From contig BLSG01000001.1 in the NCBI GenBank assembly GCA_012862495.1, forward strand, positions 134,638 through 166,505: DNA of 31,868 nucleotides, read 5' to 3'. This DNA comes from Thraustochytrium aureum. Its lineage: Eukaryota. Made by a program: the position numbers and the translations under genes. Each line of letters opens with the position of its first letter. The stretch's first letter is position 1. A model generated the notes under the pieces. That model worked only from the letters and a program-made list of their open reading frames with translations, ran no database searches and was not told the DNA's origin. Positions 12,025-21,500 of the stretch are shown piece by piece.

Positions 12025-15000
12025 GTGGACGTGCCGCTCAAGATCGACCCGTCAAGCGAGGCCGGAAAGGGCAAGTCTGGTAGCGGTCGCTCCCTCGGCC
12101 CAAAGTTCGCTAGCGTGTCAGGCGACTCGCTTATGACGATGAGCACGTCCTCGAACGCGATCGAAGTAGGGCCAGCTCCGGCTCGAACCCTTGCCGAGAC
12201 CCGCGTGAGCTCGCAGCTCTTCGACCTTACGCAAGAGTCGCTCAGCGGCGATGGGCGAACCGGCGCCCAAGCTGCAGGCAAGGCCAGCCCAATCTCTTCG
12301 CTGCCGCCGGCCATCGCTGGGCGCAGCCAGGACGACCAAGACGCTGGTGTGAAACGGTTGGAGGCGAGCCGCCAGGGCTCGCTGCGCCGTTTTCGGACGA
12401 GCAGTAGCACTGCGTGCAGCGGAGTTGACCTGGAGAGCTCCGAGTCCGTCACCGGAGCGGAAGAAGACCAGGCGCTCGCTGCGCTGCCGGCCTCGCCCTT
12501 GCACAAGGACGAGGAGGACTTGCCGCCGGCGCCGCCAGACACNNNNNNNNNNNNNNNNNNNNNNNNNNNNNNNNNNNNNNNNNNNNNNNNNNNNNNNNNN
12601 NNNNNNNNNNNNNNNNNNNNNNNNNNNNNNNNNNNNNNNNNNNNNNNNNNNNNNNNNNNNNNNNNNNNNNNNNNNNNNNNNNNNNNNNNNNNNNNNNNNN
12701 NNNNNNNNNNNNNNNNNNNNNNNNNNNNNNNNNNNNNNNNNNNNNNNNNNNNNNNNNNNNNNNNNNNNNNNNNNNNNNNNNNNNNNNNNNNNNNNNNNNN
12801 NNNNNNNNNNNNNNNNNNNNNNNNNNNNNNNNNNNNNNNNNNNNNNNNNNGCGTAATAACTTCGTATAGCATACATTATACGAAGTTATACGACGAGCAC
12901 GTCAGCGCTATCTTGCAAACGTTCACCGGATTTCCACTCCACTCTCAAGAATTCATGCGCATGCTGCAAAGCGACCAAGGCTTGGACTCTATCCTGCACG
13001 CCATCGAGAGCGAGTTCAAGACCGCGCTGGACGACGTTCGTCGCGCGAACAAAGTGGCAAGCCCCGACGACGCCGTGGAGCACCGCGAGGCTGCCTCCTC
13101 CGACGGCCAACTGCTATCGGATCCAGGCTCGACGTGCCCAGCCAACTCCGCCGAGCCCCCCTCAGACGGTTTGAAGCGAGACAGCCAGCCGGAGAGCGCC
13201 GGCCGGCCGCGAATGAGCGCCATGACCAGCCTGCCGCCCCGTCCCAATAGACAAAGCAGCGACTCGGGGCAGCGCTCGCCCCCGGCTCCACCAAAATGCG
13301 GCCCCGTGTCCCCTCCGGGGTCGCCACCGGCAACACTTCTGACATCGCACCCGCTGTCCTCGACCGTCACGCTCAAGAAGGGCACGATGACGCCAGGCCG
13401 CCCGAGGCCGCGAAGCCCAGAGCTCGATGTGGCCCAGCGACCCGGGGCAAGCAAGGAAGGCGAGCCACCAGATGCGACAACGGAGGCCGCTGTGGAGGCA
13501 GCGAAAGCGAGCGAAGGCGACTCTTTTCGGAGGCGCCGCCGCCGCAGCGCGACGATCGACTTGCTCTTACTCCTCTCCAAGCTGGGCCTCCGCCGCGAGT
13601 ACAAAGTCAGCGACCACCTCTACCACTCCCTCTCGCAATTCCTCGAGGGCGGAAACAAGGAGATGGGCGCACTTGAGAACCTGGATCGCGAAAGTGCCAT
13701 TGAGCTCCTTGGGTATCTCGAGTCCTTTCCCGAGGCGATGAAGCGCGACCCCCGCATGCAGCGCCTTGCGCAGATTTGCAAGGCCAGGCTCGTTCTCATG
13801 GTCGCGATTGATTCGGCGGACGAAATTTGCGACGAACTTCTCGCGCAGCCGCATGTGAGCGGACACGTGCGAGATGTTACAACGTACTGCCTCAATTTTA
13901 GCGGTGCGCTGATTGGAACCCAGATGAGTATCATTCGCAAGGCGCGGCAGGACAAAGCCGCGGCGCGCATTCAGGTGTGGCGCCGCAGCATGCACGAGGA
14001 CAAAGTTCTCGAAACACTGTTGGAGACGGAGGGCGACGATGCCTCACAGCACGAAAAGCGCGACAGCCTCACCACGGAGAGCTTGCCGCGGACTCCAGTC
14101 CTCACGCGGCGAAGCAGTAGCCTGCGGTCGTGGCAATCTTTTGAGGTCACTTCGCCAGCTGGAGCGGCGGCTGCTGCTGTGGCGGCAGCGGCTGCGCGCG
14201 CAGGGCACGAAGAGCGCGCCGGGGCGGCGTTGAGCGGGACTCCGGAAAGCGCGGCCGAATCGCCTTTGGCGTTTAGAAGCCCCGCGCCCAGCTGCGCCTC
14301 GAGCAGCAGATCGGGGTCGCCTTTGCCCTCCGGTGATACAGGAACGTCCTTTACGAGAGACGATGCCCACCGAAGTAGCACGGTCTCACGGCCGCGAGTC
14401 CAGAGCAAGTCCACCATCTCGTCCATCAACCTAGTTTTGACAGACTCGAACAGACGCAGCGCGCTTCTGCCCCAGCTGCAGTCTACCTTACACCCAGAGT
14501 CGGGCAACGCTGGCGCATATGCCCCGAGGCTCTCGCAGGGGTCGCGAAGTCGAGCCAACATCACAATGCGCCCGAAGCGATCGATGATTTCGATCAACAC
14601 AGACGTCAACATGCAAACGTACCCCTTGGGTCCCAACGCCGCGGCGGGCGGAGGGCTCGGCGCGAAGCAGGGGGTGGCTGGAGGAAAGGCGGCCGCGGCG
14701 CTTGGGGGGGCACTGTCCCGTGGCGGTGACAGCGCAGCCGTGTCCCTTTCCCTCCAAGGTTTGAGCGGGAGCTCGCGCGGAGGCAGTCAGCAAATTCCGG
14801 TCGTTTCAAGCGCACAGGACTTTGCGAGCGTCGCAAGCTCGAACAGCATCTCGAACAGCCCGTTCTACCTGTCGGGCGAACTCAGTCCGAAGGCGGCCAA
14901 CCACATCAACCCGGTCCACGCTTTGTATGGGATCGTTCGGCACCTCTCGCGGGTGGTCGTCTCCGAGGCACGCCAAAACCTGGCCAACTCTTACGAAATG

Positions 15001-15846
15001 TCGCAAAAGCTCAAGACGCTACAGGGCCACGCGAAGCGGCTGAAGAGCGTCCACCCAATCGTATGCGTCGCAGACGAGGAAACTCGGGAGGGTCTGAGGC
15101 GGCTGCCGAAAGCGAGCGAGATGTTGGGGCGATTCCTTCGGGACCACAAGTTTGGCGGGAACCAGTCCCCATACTGCTACGACTACCAGTTGCAAGTGCT
15201 GGCGTTTTTCCCGCCTTGCGAGTTTGACACGGCCACGCAGCCGCCCAACGACACGAGCGCGGATTTTCGCAAGATTCTCAGCACGGTGTTCGATCTCATG
15301 CCAGTGGACTCTGACGCGCTCAACGATTTAACAGAGACGGCCGTGCTGAGCCAGCACGCCTCTGCCGGGTATGCGCTCACAACTACTTTGCACTACGTCG
15401 ACAAGTTGTGCAAGACGGGGTACATGGTGGAGCACCACCTCGGGGACGAGACGTGTGGGATGGAAGGCACGGTGACAGGCGGTTACGTAAGGTTCGACGC
15501 CGCGACCAAGCGCTATGTCTTCACGGAAGAAAGCGGGCACTACGGCCTGCGCTGGACGTACCCCGGGACCCGCCAGAGCCTCGACACGTTCATGGCCAAC
15601 AGCAACCTGGCTGACGCCTATAGCCTCAAGCCCTACTACCGGCAGGGCGGCGATGCGGCTCGCAGTAACATCGCAGACATTTTCCAGTCGCTCGAAGTCA
15701 GCCGAGGCGCCGAGGGCACTCGACCCGCGTCGTCGGGACGAAGCGGGGCGAACTCGCCGAGTACGCCTTACGTCGAGCCGATCGTGGCGGAGGCAGCAGT
15801 CGAGGCCGCCGCCGACACAGCCGACCTTGAGTGGGACTTTGGCTAG
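12025..15846 (+). CDS. Large, mostly low-complexity protein region with an IQ-like motif and a C-terminal SGHY-motif globular domain; likely the C-terminal part of the DUSP gene; interrupted by gap 12543-12850 and a linker artefact
   Basis: The frame is open from ~11950 to the gap and from 12894 to TAG at 15846. It contains Ser/Pro/Ala-rich disordered tracts, a helical block at ~13550-13990 ending in DKAAARIQVWRR, and a globular C-terminus at ~14900-15660. Confidence 0.8.
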   Translation: MDVPLKIDPSSEAGKGKSGSGRSLGPKFASVSGDSLMTMSTSSNAIEVGPAPARTLAETRVSSQLFDLTQESLSGDGRTGAQAAGKASPISSLPPAIAGRSQDDQDAGVKRLEASRQGSLRRFRTSSSTACSGVDLESSESVTGAEEDQALAALPASPLHKDEEDLPPAPPDXXXXXXXXXXXXXXXXXXXXXXXXXXXXXXXXXXXXXXXXXXXXXXXXXXXXXXXXXXXXXXXXXXXXXXXXXXXXXXXXXXXXXXXXXXXXXXXXXXXXXXXXVITSYSIHYTKLYDEHVSAILQTFTGFPLHSQEFMRMLQSDQGLDSILHAIESEFKTALDDVRRANKVASPDDAVEHREAASSDGQLLSDPGSTCPANSAEPPSDGLKRDSQPESAGRPRMSAMTSLPPRPNRQSSDSGQRSPPAPPKCGPVSPPGSPPATLLTSHPLSSTVTLKKGTMTPGRPRPRSPELDVAQRPGASKEGEPPDATTEAAVEAAKASEGDSFRRRRRRSATIDLLLLLSKLGLRREYKVSDHLYHSLSQFLEGGNKEMGALENLDRESAIELLGYLESFPEAMKRDPRMQRLAQICKARLVLMVAIDSADEICDELLAQPHVSGHVRDVTTYCLNFSGALIGTQMSIIRKARQDKAAARIQVWRRSMHEDKVLETLLETEGDDASQHEKRDSLTTESLPRTPVLTRRSSSLRSWQSFEVTSPAGAAAAAVAAAAARAGHEERAGAALSGTPESAAESPLAFRSPAPSCASSSRSGSPLPSGDTGTSFTRDDAHRSSTVSRPRVQSKSTISSINLVLTDSNRRSALLPQLQSTLHPESGNAGAYAPRLSQGSRSRANITMRPKRSMISINTDVNMQTYPLGPNAAAGGGLGAKQGVAGGKAAAALGGALSRGGDSAAVSLSLQGLSGSSRGGSQQIPVVSSAQDFASVASSNSISNSPFYLSGELSPKAANHINPVHALYGIVRHLSRVVVSEARQNLANSYEMSQKLKTLQGHAKRLKSVHPIVCVADEETREGLRRLPKASEMLGRFLRDHKFGGNQSPYCYDYQLQVLAFFPPCEFDTATQPPNDTSADFRKILSTVFDLMPVDSDALNDLTETAVLSQHASAGYALTTTLHYVDKLCKTGYMVEHHLGDETCGMEGTVTGGYVRFDAATKRYVFTEESGHYGLRWTYPGTRQSLDTFMANSNLADAYSLKPYYRQGGDAARSNIADIFQSLEVSRGAEGTRPASSGRSGANSPSTPYVEPIVAEAAVEAAADTADLEWDFG
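12852..12893. other. 454 Titanium / Cre-lox paired-end library linker containing a perfect loxP site (12856-12889); assembly artefact
   Basis: The sequence CGTAATAACTTCGTATAGCATACATTATACGAAGTTATACGA is the reverse complement of the 42-nt Titanium linker. It contains ATAACTTCGTATA-GCATACAT-TATACGAAGTTAT and sits right at a contig edge next to the N gap. Confidence 0.97.
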
Positions 15847-16021
15847 CGCTGGGCTGCTCTCTCTCGTAGAGCTGTTGCAGGCAAGTGCGCGTGAGCGGGT
15901 AGGTACAGCGTTGGCACTCTTGAAAAACAGATCTTTTCCTCCTTTCGCTCCTTCATCACAGCGCGATGCGTGCAAGCGGCGCCAGCGTCGAAGAGGAAAG
16001 TCCACAACAGGCAGGCGCTTG

Positions 16022-17467
16022 TCAGTCAAGCGTGAGCTGGCTCATTGGTGCATCAGGCGGCTGCACAAACGAGTCTGAGACAAGCACCACTGGCACCCCG
16101 TTCTCGACCGCAGACACGTGGCGGCTCTTTATTGCTTGCCAGTTGGCTTGTCGCTGCTGCCCCCTCGCGAGCGTTGCCTCGCGGCGCTTTTCGTCCTCAG
16201 CCTCCAGGGTGGCCCACAGCTGGCCATTGACGCGCTGGAACAGGCGCACCACCTCGTCGGAAAGATTCTTGACCGTTGGGTTCCAGTGGCTCTCCTTCTC
16301 GCGCAGCGGCTGGAAGAGGCGCGGGAACACGAGGTGCGAAAACTGGCTCCCGAACAAGTTTGTCGCGAGCACCTCATTGTTCCACAGGTAGAGCGTGCGC
16401 TCGACCACCTGAAAGTGCTCGCTCGATATGGAGCGCGTCACGATCTTGAGGACGTACGGGAGGAGCTGGGATGCGTAGTCGGGCGCAGCGGATTCAAGAA
16501 CGTCCTCCAGCTCGTTGAGGAACATGACCTGCTTGCTCGACTCGGCCCAGGGCCAATACTTGGCCAGCCCCTTGACGATGGGCACGACCGTGGAGGCGTC
16601 CTTCTCGATGTACTGAATGACGCAATAGCTCAGCTGGTGGTGGTATCCCGCAACGCTCGGGCTCTTGTGCAGCGGAAGCAAGGAAGTGAGCAGGAACCGG
16701 AGGTGCTCTGGCTTGAGCGGCAGCGCGAACCCGTTGATTATGCTGCCCAGTATCTCCAGCAGCTCGCTTATGCCGTTGTGGCGCAGCGTGTCGAAAGCGA
16801 AACGCTGAAACGTGTAGCTAATTTGGCGCCGAATAAAGCTCCGGTGCGACATAAACTTGCCGTACACGCGGTGCAAGATTGTCTTGAGGTATTCGCGCTC
16901 TCGCGGGTCCTCGCTGTCGAATATCTGCACGAGCTTGAGACAGAACGTCTGATCGATCACGTCTTTGCGTTTGGCCACTTTGGCCGCGACCTCTTTGCTA
17001 ACAACAAAACGGAGGAGGAACTCGTACACGACCTGGAGGTGGGGCCACGACGGCTCGAGCACGGGCTCGTCTTCCTCTGCGTCAAACCCGGGGATTTGCG
17101 GCGGGAGGCACCTGAAAATGTTGGTCGAAACCATGCGAACGCAATCCTCCATCACGCCAGGCGCTGTGAAGATCTTTTGCCCGCGTTCAGAGTTGACATA
17201 CTCGATCAGCTCAAGCAGGGTGTTGCGCTTCAGGTCTTTGCCAATCTGATTGCTCGATGGATCGTCAAAGTTGAACCGCGTCTCGCACAGGTTGAGTTTG
17301 AGCCGGAACAGCTGGACGTGATCTTGCACGGGAACGTCTCGCAACAGCGGCAGCTGAACCATTTCCTCCGTAACGGTCTCCCTCGTCACGGAGGACCGTC
17401 GCCGGTGGTGTTCCCGCCTTGGCGGCGCGCTCTTCAGCTCCGTATCCTCGCGCATTTCCATCTCCAT
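16022..17467 (-). CDS. PPP2R5: Serine/threonine protein phosphatase 2A 56-kDa regulatory subunit (B56/B'); N-terminus may extend into gap 17505-17609
   Basis: Canonical B56 motifs: LPLLRDVP...KRNTLLELIEYV...NIFRCLPP...DEPVLEPSWPHLQVVYEFLLRF...FDSEDPREREYLKTILHRVYGKF...HNGISELLEILGSIINGFALPLKPEH...SSEHFQVVERTLYLWNNE...HWNPTV. Confidence 0.97.
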   Translation of the reverse strand: MEMEMREDTELKSAPPRREHHRRRSSVTRETVTEEMVQLPLLRDVPVQDHVQLFRLKLNLCETRFNFDDPSSNQIGKDLKRNTLLELIEYVNSERGQKIFTAPGVMEDCVRMVSTNIFRCLPPQIPGFDAEEDEPVLEPSWPHLQVVYEFLLRFVVSKEVAAKVAKRKDVIDQTFCLKLVQIFDSEDPREREYLKTILHRVYGKFMSHRSFIRRQISYTFQRFAFDTLRHNGISELLEILGSIINGFALPLKPEHLRFLLTSLLPLHKSPSVAGYHHQLSYCVIQYIEKDASTVVPIVKGLAKYWPWAESSKQVMFLNELEDVLESAAPDYASQLLPYVLKIVTRSISSEHFQVVERTLYLWNNEVLATNLFGSQFSHLVFPRLFQPLREKESHWNPTVKNLSDEVVRLFQRVNGQLWATLEAEDEKRREATLARGQQRQANWQAIKSRHVSAVENGVPVVLVSDSFVQPPDAPMSQLTLD

Positions 17468-17822
17468 CCCGTCCGCCGTAGAACCCCGACCAGCCCGCCG
17501 AGACNNNNNNNNNNNNNNNNNNNNNNNNNNNNNNNNNNNNNNNNNNNNNNNNNNNNNNNNNNNNNNNNNNNNNNNNNNNNNNNNNNNNNNNNNNNNNNNN
17601 NNNNNNNNNGTCCTTGTACGCGTGCTTCCCGAGCAGCGTTGGGCTTTCGAGCTGCGTGGCCGATCCGAGGCCCCTTCCTCGTTCAATAATGGGAGCCGCG
17701 CGTCAAGCCCCTGCCCAGACTGCGTCCTGCAACGACACAGGCAAGCCCGACGGACGGACGCGGCACCCTGGTGGCAGGCCAGCTAAGCCGAGCTGAGCGC
17801 TGCGTTGCGCGCAGAGCGTAGC

Positions 17823-17856
17823 GCAGAGAGCAGAGAGCAGAGAGCAGAGAGCAGAG
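17823..17856. repeat. (GCAGAGA)n heptamer repeat, about 5 copies
   Basis: gcagaga gcagaga gcagaga gcagaga gcagag, upstream of the B56 gene. Confidence 0.9.
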
Positions 17857-18268
17857 CTGACCTGAGCTGGGCTGAGCTGGCCGACAGCCCAGGACAAGGT
17901 GGCAAGCACGCAAGCGCCCCTGCTCCCGCGAGTCCTCGACCGTGTGCTGATTGTTGCGCGCGGCTCGCCTTTCGCCTGCAAGTAGTCAACGGCGACTCGC
18001 GCGCTCTCTGTCCACTCCGGCGGCGCGGCCCGCTGTTGGGTTTGGGCGGGGCGCCCGCTGTGGGTAACATTCCCCGGCTCTTCTTACTGGAGTAGGTAGC
18101 GTCCCAGCCTAACCTATTTCCAGGAGGGCTGGGTTAGGTCACTGAGGCTGGCGGCCTTCCCCGCTATGCGCTTATAAACTCCCTAGTAAATTTTTTGCGG
18201 GTTAGGTCAGGGTAGATGTGCAGGATCCACGGCGTAGGTTAGGGTTGCAAGCGCCACGGCGCCATTGG

Positions 18269-18410
18269 CCCTCTGTTATTATCACAGTCAGCGGTCAAGG
18301 TGGAGGAGAATAAAATAGAGGGAATACATGCTTGTATATACAGATTAATAACCCTCTGTTATTATTATAGCTTCTGAAAAACGTTAGAGTTTATAAATAG
18401 AGGGTTTTAA
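18269..18410. repeat. AT-rich island with four CCCTCT(G/A)TT(A/T) motifs in alternating orientation (two ~83-bp hairpin-like units)
   Basis: CCCTCTGTTATTAT occurs at 18269-18282 and 18352-18365. Inverted variants are AATAAAATAGAGGG at 18309-18322 and ATAAATAGAGGG at 18393-18404. Confidence 0.8.
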
Positions 18411-18568
18411 TGACGTTACACGGGAAGAAAGGAAGTGGGCTCCGAGCACGCAGGGGCACCTACTTGAGTACTTACCTACGAGCGGCGGTAGGTAGACGCG
18501 CAACGAACGGGGCGCGGGCAGACCCGCAACGGGGCACGGGCGACGAAGGGGCGGAGGGTGCGGCAGGG

Positions 18569-21500
18569 ATGCGCAGGACGGCGCTGTCGCGCGTGGCGCC
18601 CAGCGGGGCACTGCCTGGCGCGTTGGAGGAGGCCGCGCCATCTCGCGGTCCCGCAACGCTTGGCGCGAAGGAGACCGGCAAGGAAGCGCCGGAGCAGGCG
18701 CAGGACCTGCTGGACGCCTGGACGCATCCGAGAGGAGCTGCGGCGGTCAGGTGTGAGGCGAGGCACCCGGAAGGCAGGGTGAGAGCCGTTGGCGATGACC
18801 GCGGCGCAGTGTTTGTGGTGGAAAATGTAAATGGGATGCTCGGAGTGGACGTTGTGCAGGCGAGCTCGCGACCTATAGCGGCACTCGAGTTCAGGGAGAT
18901 GCACGTCGAGATGCGAAAGCGTGAGCTTCTGGTAGTGCGTGACGCAGGATCGCACTGGGGAGTGTGGGAGCGCGACATGCTTGATGGGTTTCGGCTCCGG
19001 CAGCACAAATCAGTTTTTGTCGACGACCTGCCCGTCGAGATCGTCGGCTTCAGCAAGTGCTCTGTGCTCCTTCAGCACACCGTGTCCAGTTCCAGACTGG
19101 CCATGCTCTGGTGTGGCTCAAGGGACATTTCGCTTGGGAATGGTGAAGGGGTGGAAGATAGGGTCTCGTGTACGAGTATGAAAGCCGTGCTCGGGGAGCT
19201 GCGGGATGGCCAAGTTGTTTCGCTTCTATCAACATTTGACGACTCGGACAACGTAACGAGCATTCATGTGATCTACGACCGCTATTCATGCTTGAAGAGG
19301 CGGTTCCGGGGCTACTCCAAGGACGGCCAAGTCGCATTTGAACGCGTGTCAACGCACGACGAGTCCGGAGTCGCTGTCGAACACGTCAGCTCATCTCGCT
19401 TTGGAGATGAAATGCCTTACGTTTACGACGCAACTTTGGAAGACTCTGGGATCGAGTTCGAGGCCGGGGAAATTGTCAACCTCCTGACACCAAACGGTTC
19501 GGTTCCAGTACTCCACCTTCGAACGCTTGGAAAGCCCGGTCGCCGCTTCTCGTCCGTCAAGCCCGTTCTGAAGACCGGGAAAGTGCTCTGGTCAACGAAG
19601 AAGAGCGCTCCTTTTGATGTTTTGCAAGTTTGTGCCGACAGAGCTTGTCTCGAGACGGCCGGATGGATCAGCAACAACAGCCGCGCAAAAAATCAGCGTG
19701 CAGCCCGTGGAGACTGGGACGTTTTGCGTAGCCTTCGTACCAGACGACAATCAGCAGTTCCTTGTCGTCCACATCGGTACTGCAGGACCTGTGGACCCCA
19801 GCACAGGGTTGCAAAGTTTCACGATCGCCGGTGGCGCGTGCGTGGACCTCTTCCCGTCCCTGCTGCTTTCTGCGTCTGACTGCGCAACGCTCAAGCAAGG
19901 TGACTGCGTGCGCCGAAAAATGATTGATGCTAGTGAGGAGGTGCCGCCCACGCATACCATCTGCAAGCTCGAGTTTGTCCACGCCGAGGCTGGCATCGCC
20001 AACTCTGCCGGGCATTCCTTTCATGATAGCCCTGAACGCGACACCCTTACTGACCTCGCAATCATTGCGCATCTGTCTGACGGTTCAGTCGTTCCCATTC
20101 AGACCCTCGAGCCTGCTTTCGTCCTCAAAACGGCCCAAGACGCCGCAGTATGGAGCAAGCTTGACGAGGGGCAAGCCAAGCTTGCTCTTGAGGATTCCTG
20201 GGCGCTTCATCGGCCCAGCTTTGCGTCCTGGCGACCGTCGCCTCTTGAAACCCACGTGACATGTGTCTCAGTAAGTGCAGACGGCAAGACTGTTGCGATC
20301 GGAGACGACATGGGCTGCATTTGCGTCGTGGAGATGGCATCCTGGGAGGTTGTCGTGGTGTTCCGCCTCGGGAACCTGCCAATCGTCTCCGTTGAACTAG
20401 GGCCCGACTTTGTCCTCTCCGTCGACAAAGAAGGGCAACAAGTTCGGTGGGAGCGTGAGGTCTGCCCGAACGGGCTCCGCAAGGGTGATTCGGCCTTAAA
20501 CCTGATGAGCTTTACCCATGTCACAATAGAGGAGTGCTCGACAGAGGAGTGCGTTTGCAAACACACCGTGACGTCCGCCCTGTTAGAGCTGGACCACCTT
20601 GCTCCATATGAGCCGTACGAGATGCATCACTGGGTCAATCTGCGACCAGCACCTGCTATCGAAAAGGGGTTGATTCAGCTCAGCAGAGCGGTTGCTGACC
20701 TCCGAGTTGGGCAGGCGTTCAGGTTCAGTGGCGACGTTGGCGGCATGGCGTACGTGCACACACATACGTCGCACGATTCCGCCAGCCCCGGGGGCGAGCC
20801 CAATTCCCGATTAACCATTGTTACCTACAATGCCGGCACGCGCTTGACCGCTCATCCGGTGATGGATCTTCGCTCTCTACCCGGCACTTTCCTTCTCGAC
20901 GCATCGACCCAAGAAGCAGAGGAGTACTGGAGTTCGCGAAGACCTGCTGTTTGGGATCTCGCTATCCTACACATGTGCGGCTGTGATGTGCTCGTCGTTG
21001 TTGTTGACGCAAGTCCGCCAGATGTGAACCCGCCTTTTGCGCTTGTCGTTCCGTGGGGAAAGCGCATGTACATTTTCTTCGACTTGGCGAGTGCCGGCAC
21101 TGCGGCCTTGCACGACATCGTCATCAATGCGCCCCTCACGTTGCTGCGTAGTGTTTCTGGTGACGAAGAAATAAGTGCCAGCATGGGGAATCACGGGGCA
21201 AACGCCCTTCCAGAAGTCGGTGAGACGGTTTTGGTGATTGGTGATGCCGCAGGAAACGAAGCGCATCGATTCGCCATGGTGACGGCTGTGTCGCAGGAGT
21301 GCCGCACAATCGATGTCGAGGTTCTGACGAATTCGGGGCGATTGTCTGGTGTGCGCCTTGACGCTGTTCCCCGCGCTCGAGCACTGTGTGGGTCAGATTA
21401 TCTCGGCTTCAAAGCTGGCGATTACGTTCGAGTCCTTCCCGAGACAACCAACGCATGTGCCAAGTCGTTCGTCGACCTGGCGATCAAGGTTTCCCCTGTC

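Noticed and set aside
12856..12889. Native Cre/lox recombination system, prophage P1 remnant or engineered locus
   Set aside because: The flanking bases match the sequencing linker exactly, the site is at a contig edge, and there is no recombinase, marker or second lox site in the window.
16118..17689. Long antisense ORFs (e.g. 16118-17689 +, 5277-7442 -, 29744-30982 -, 26648-27970 -)
   Set aside because: They are shadows of well-supported genes on the opposite strand in GC-rich DNA, several inflated by N runs, with no recognisable motifs.
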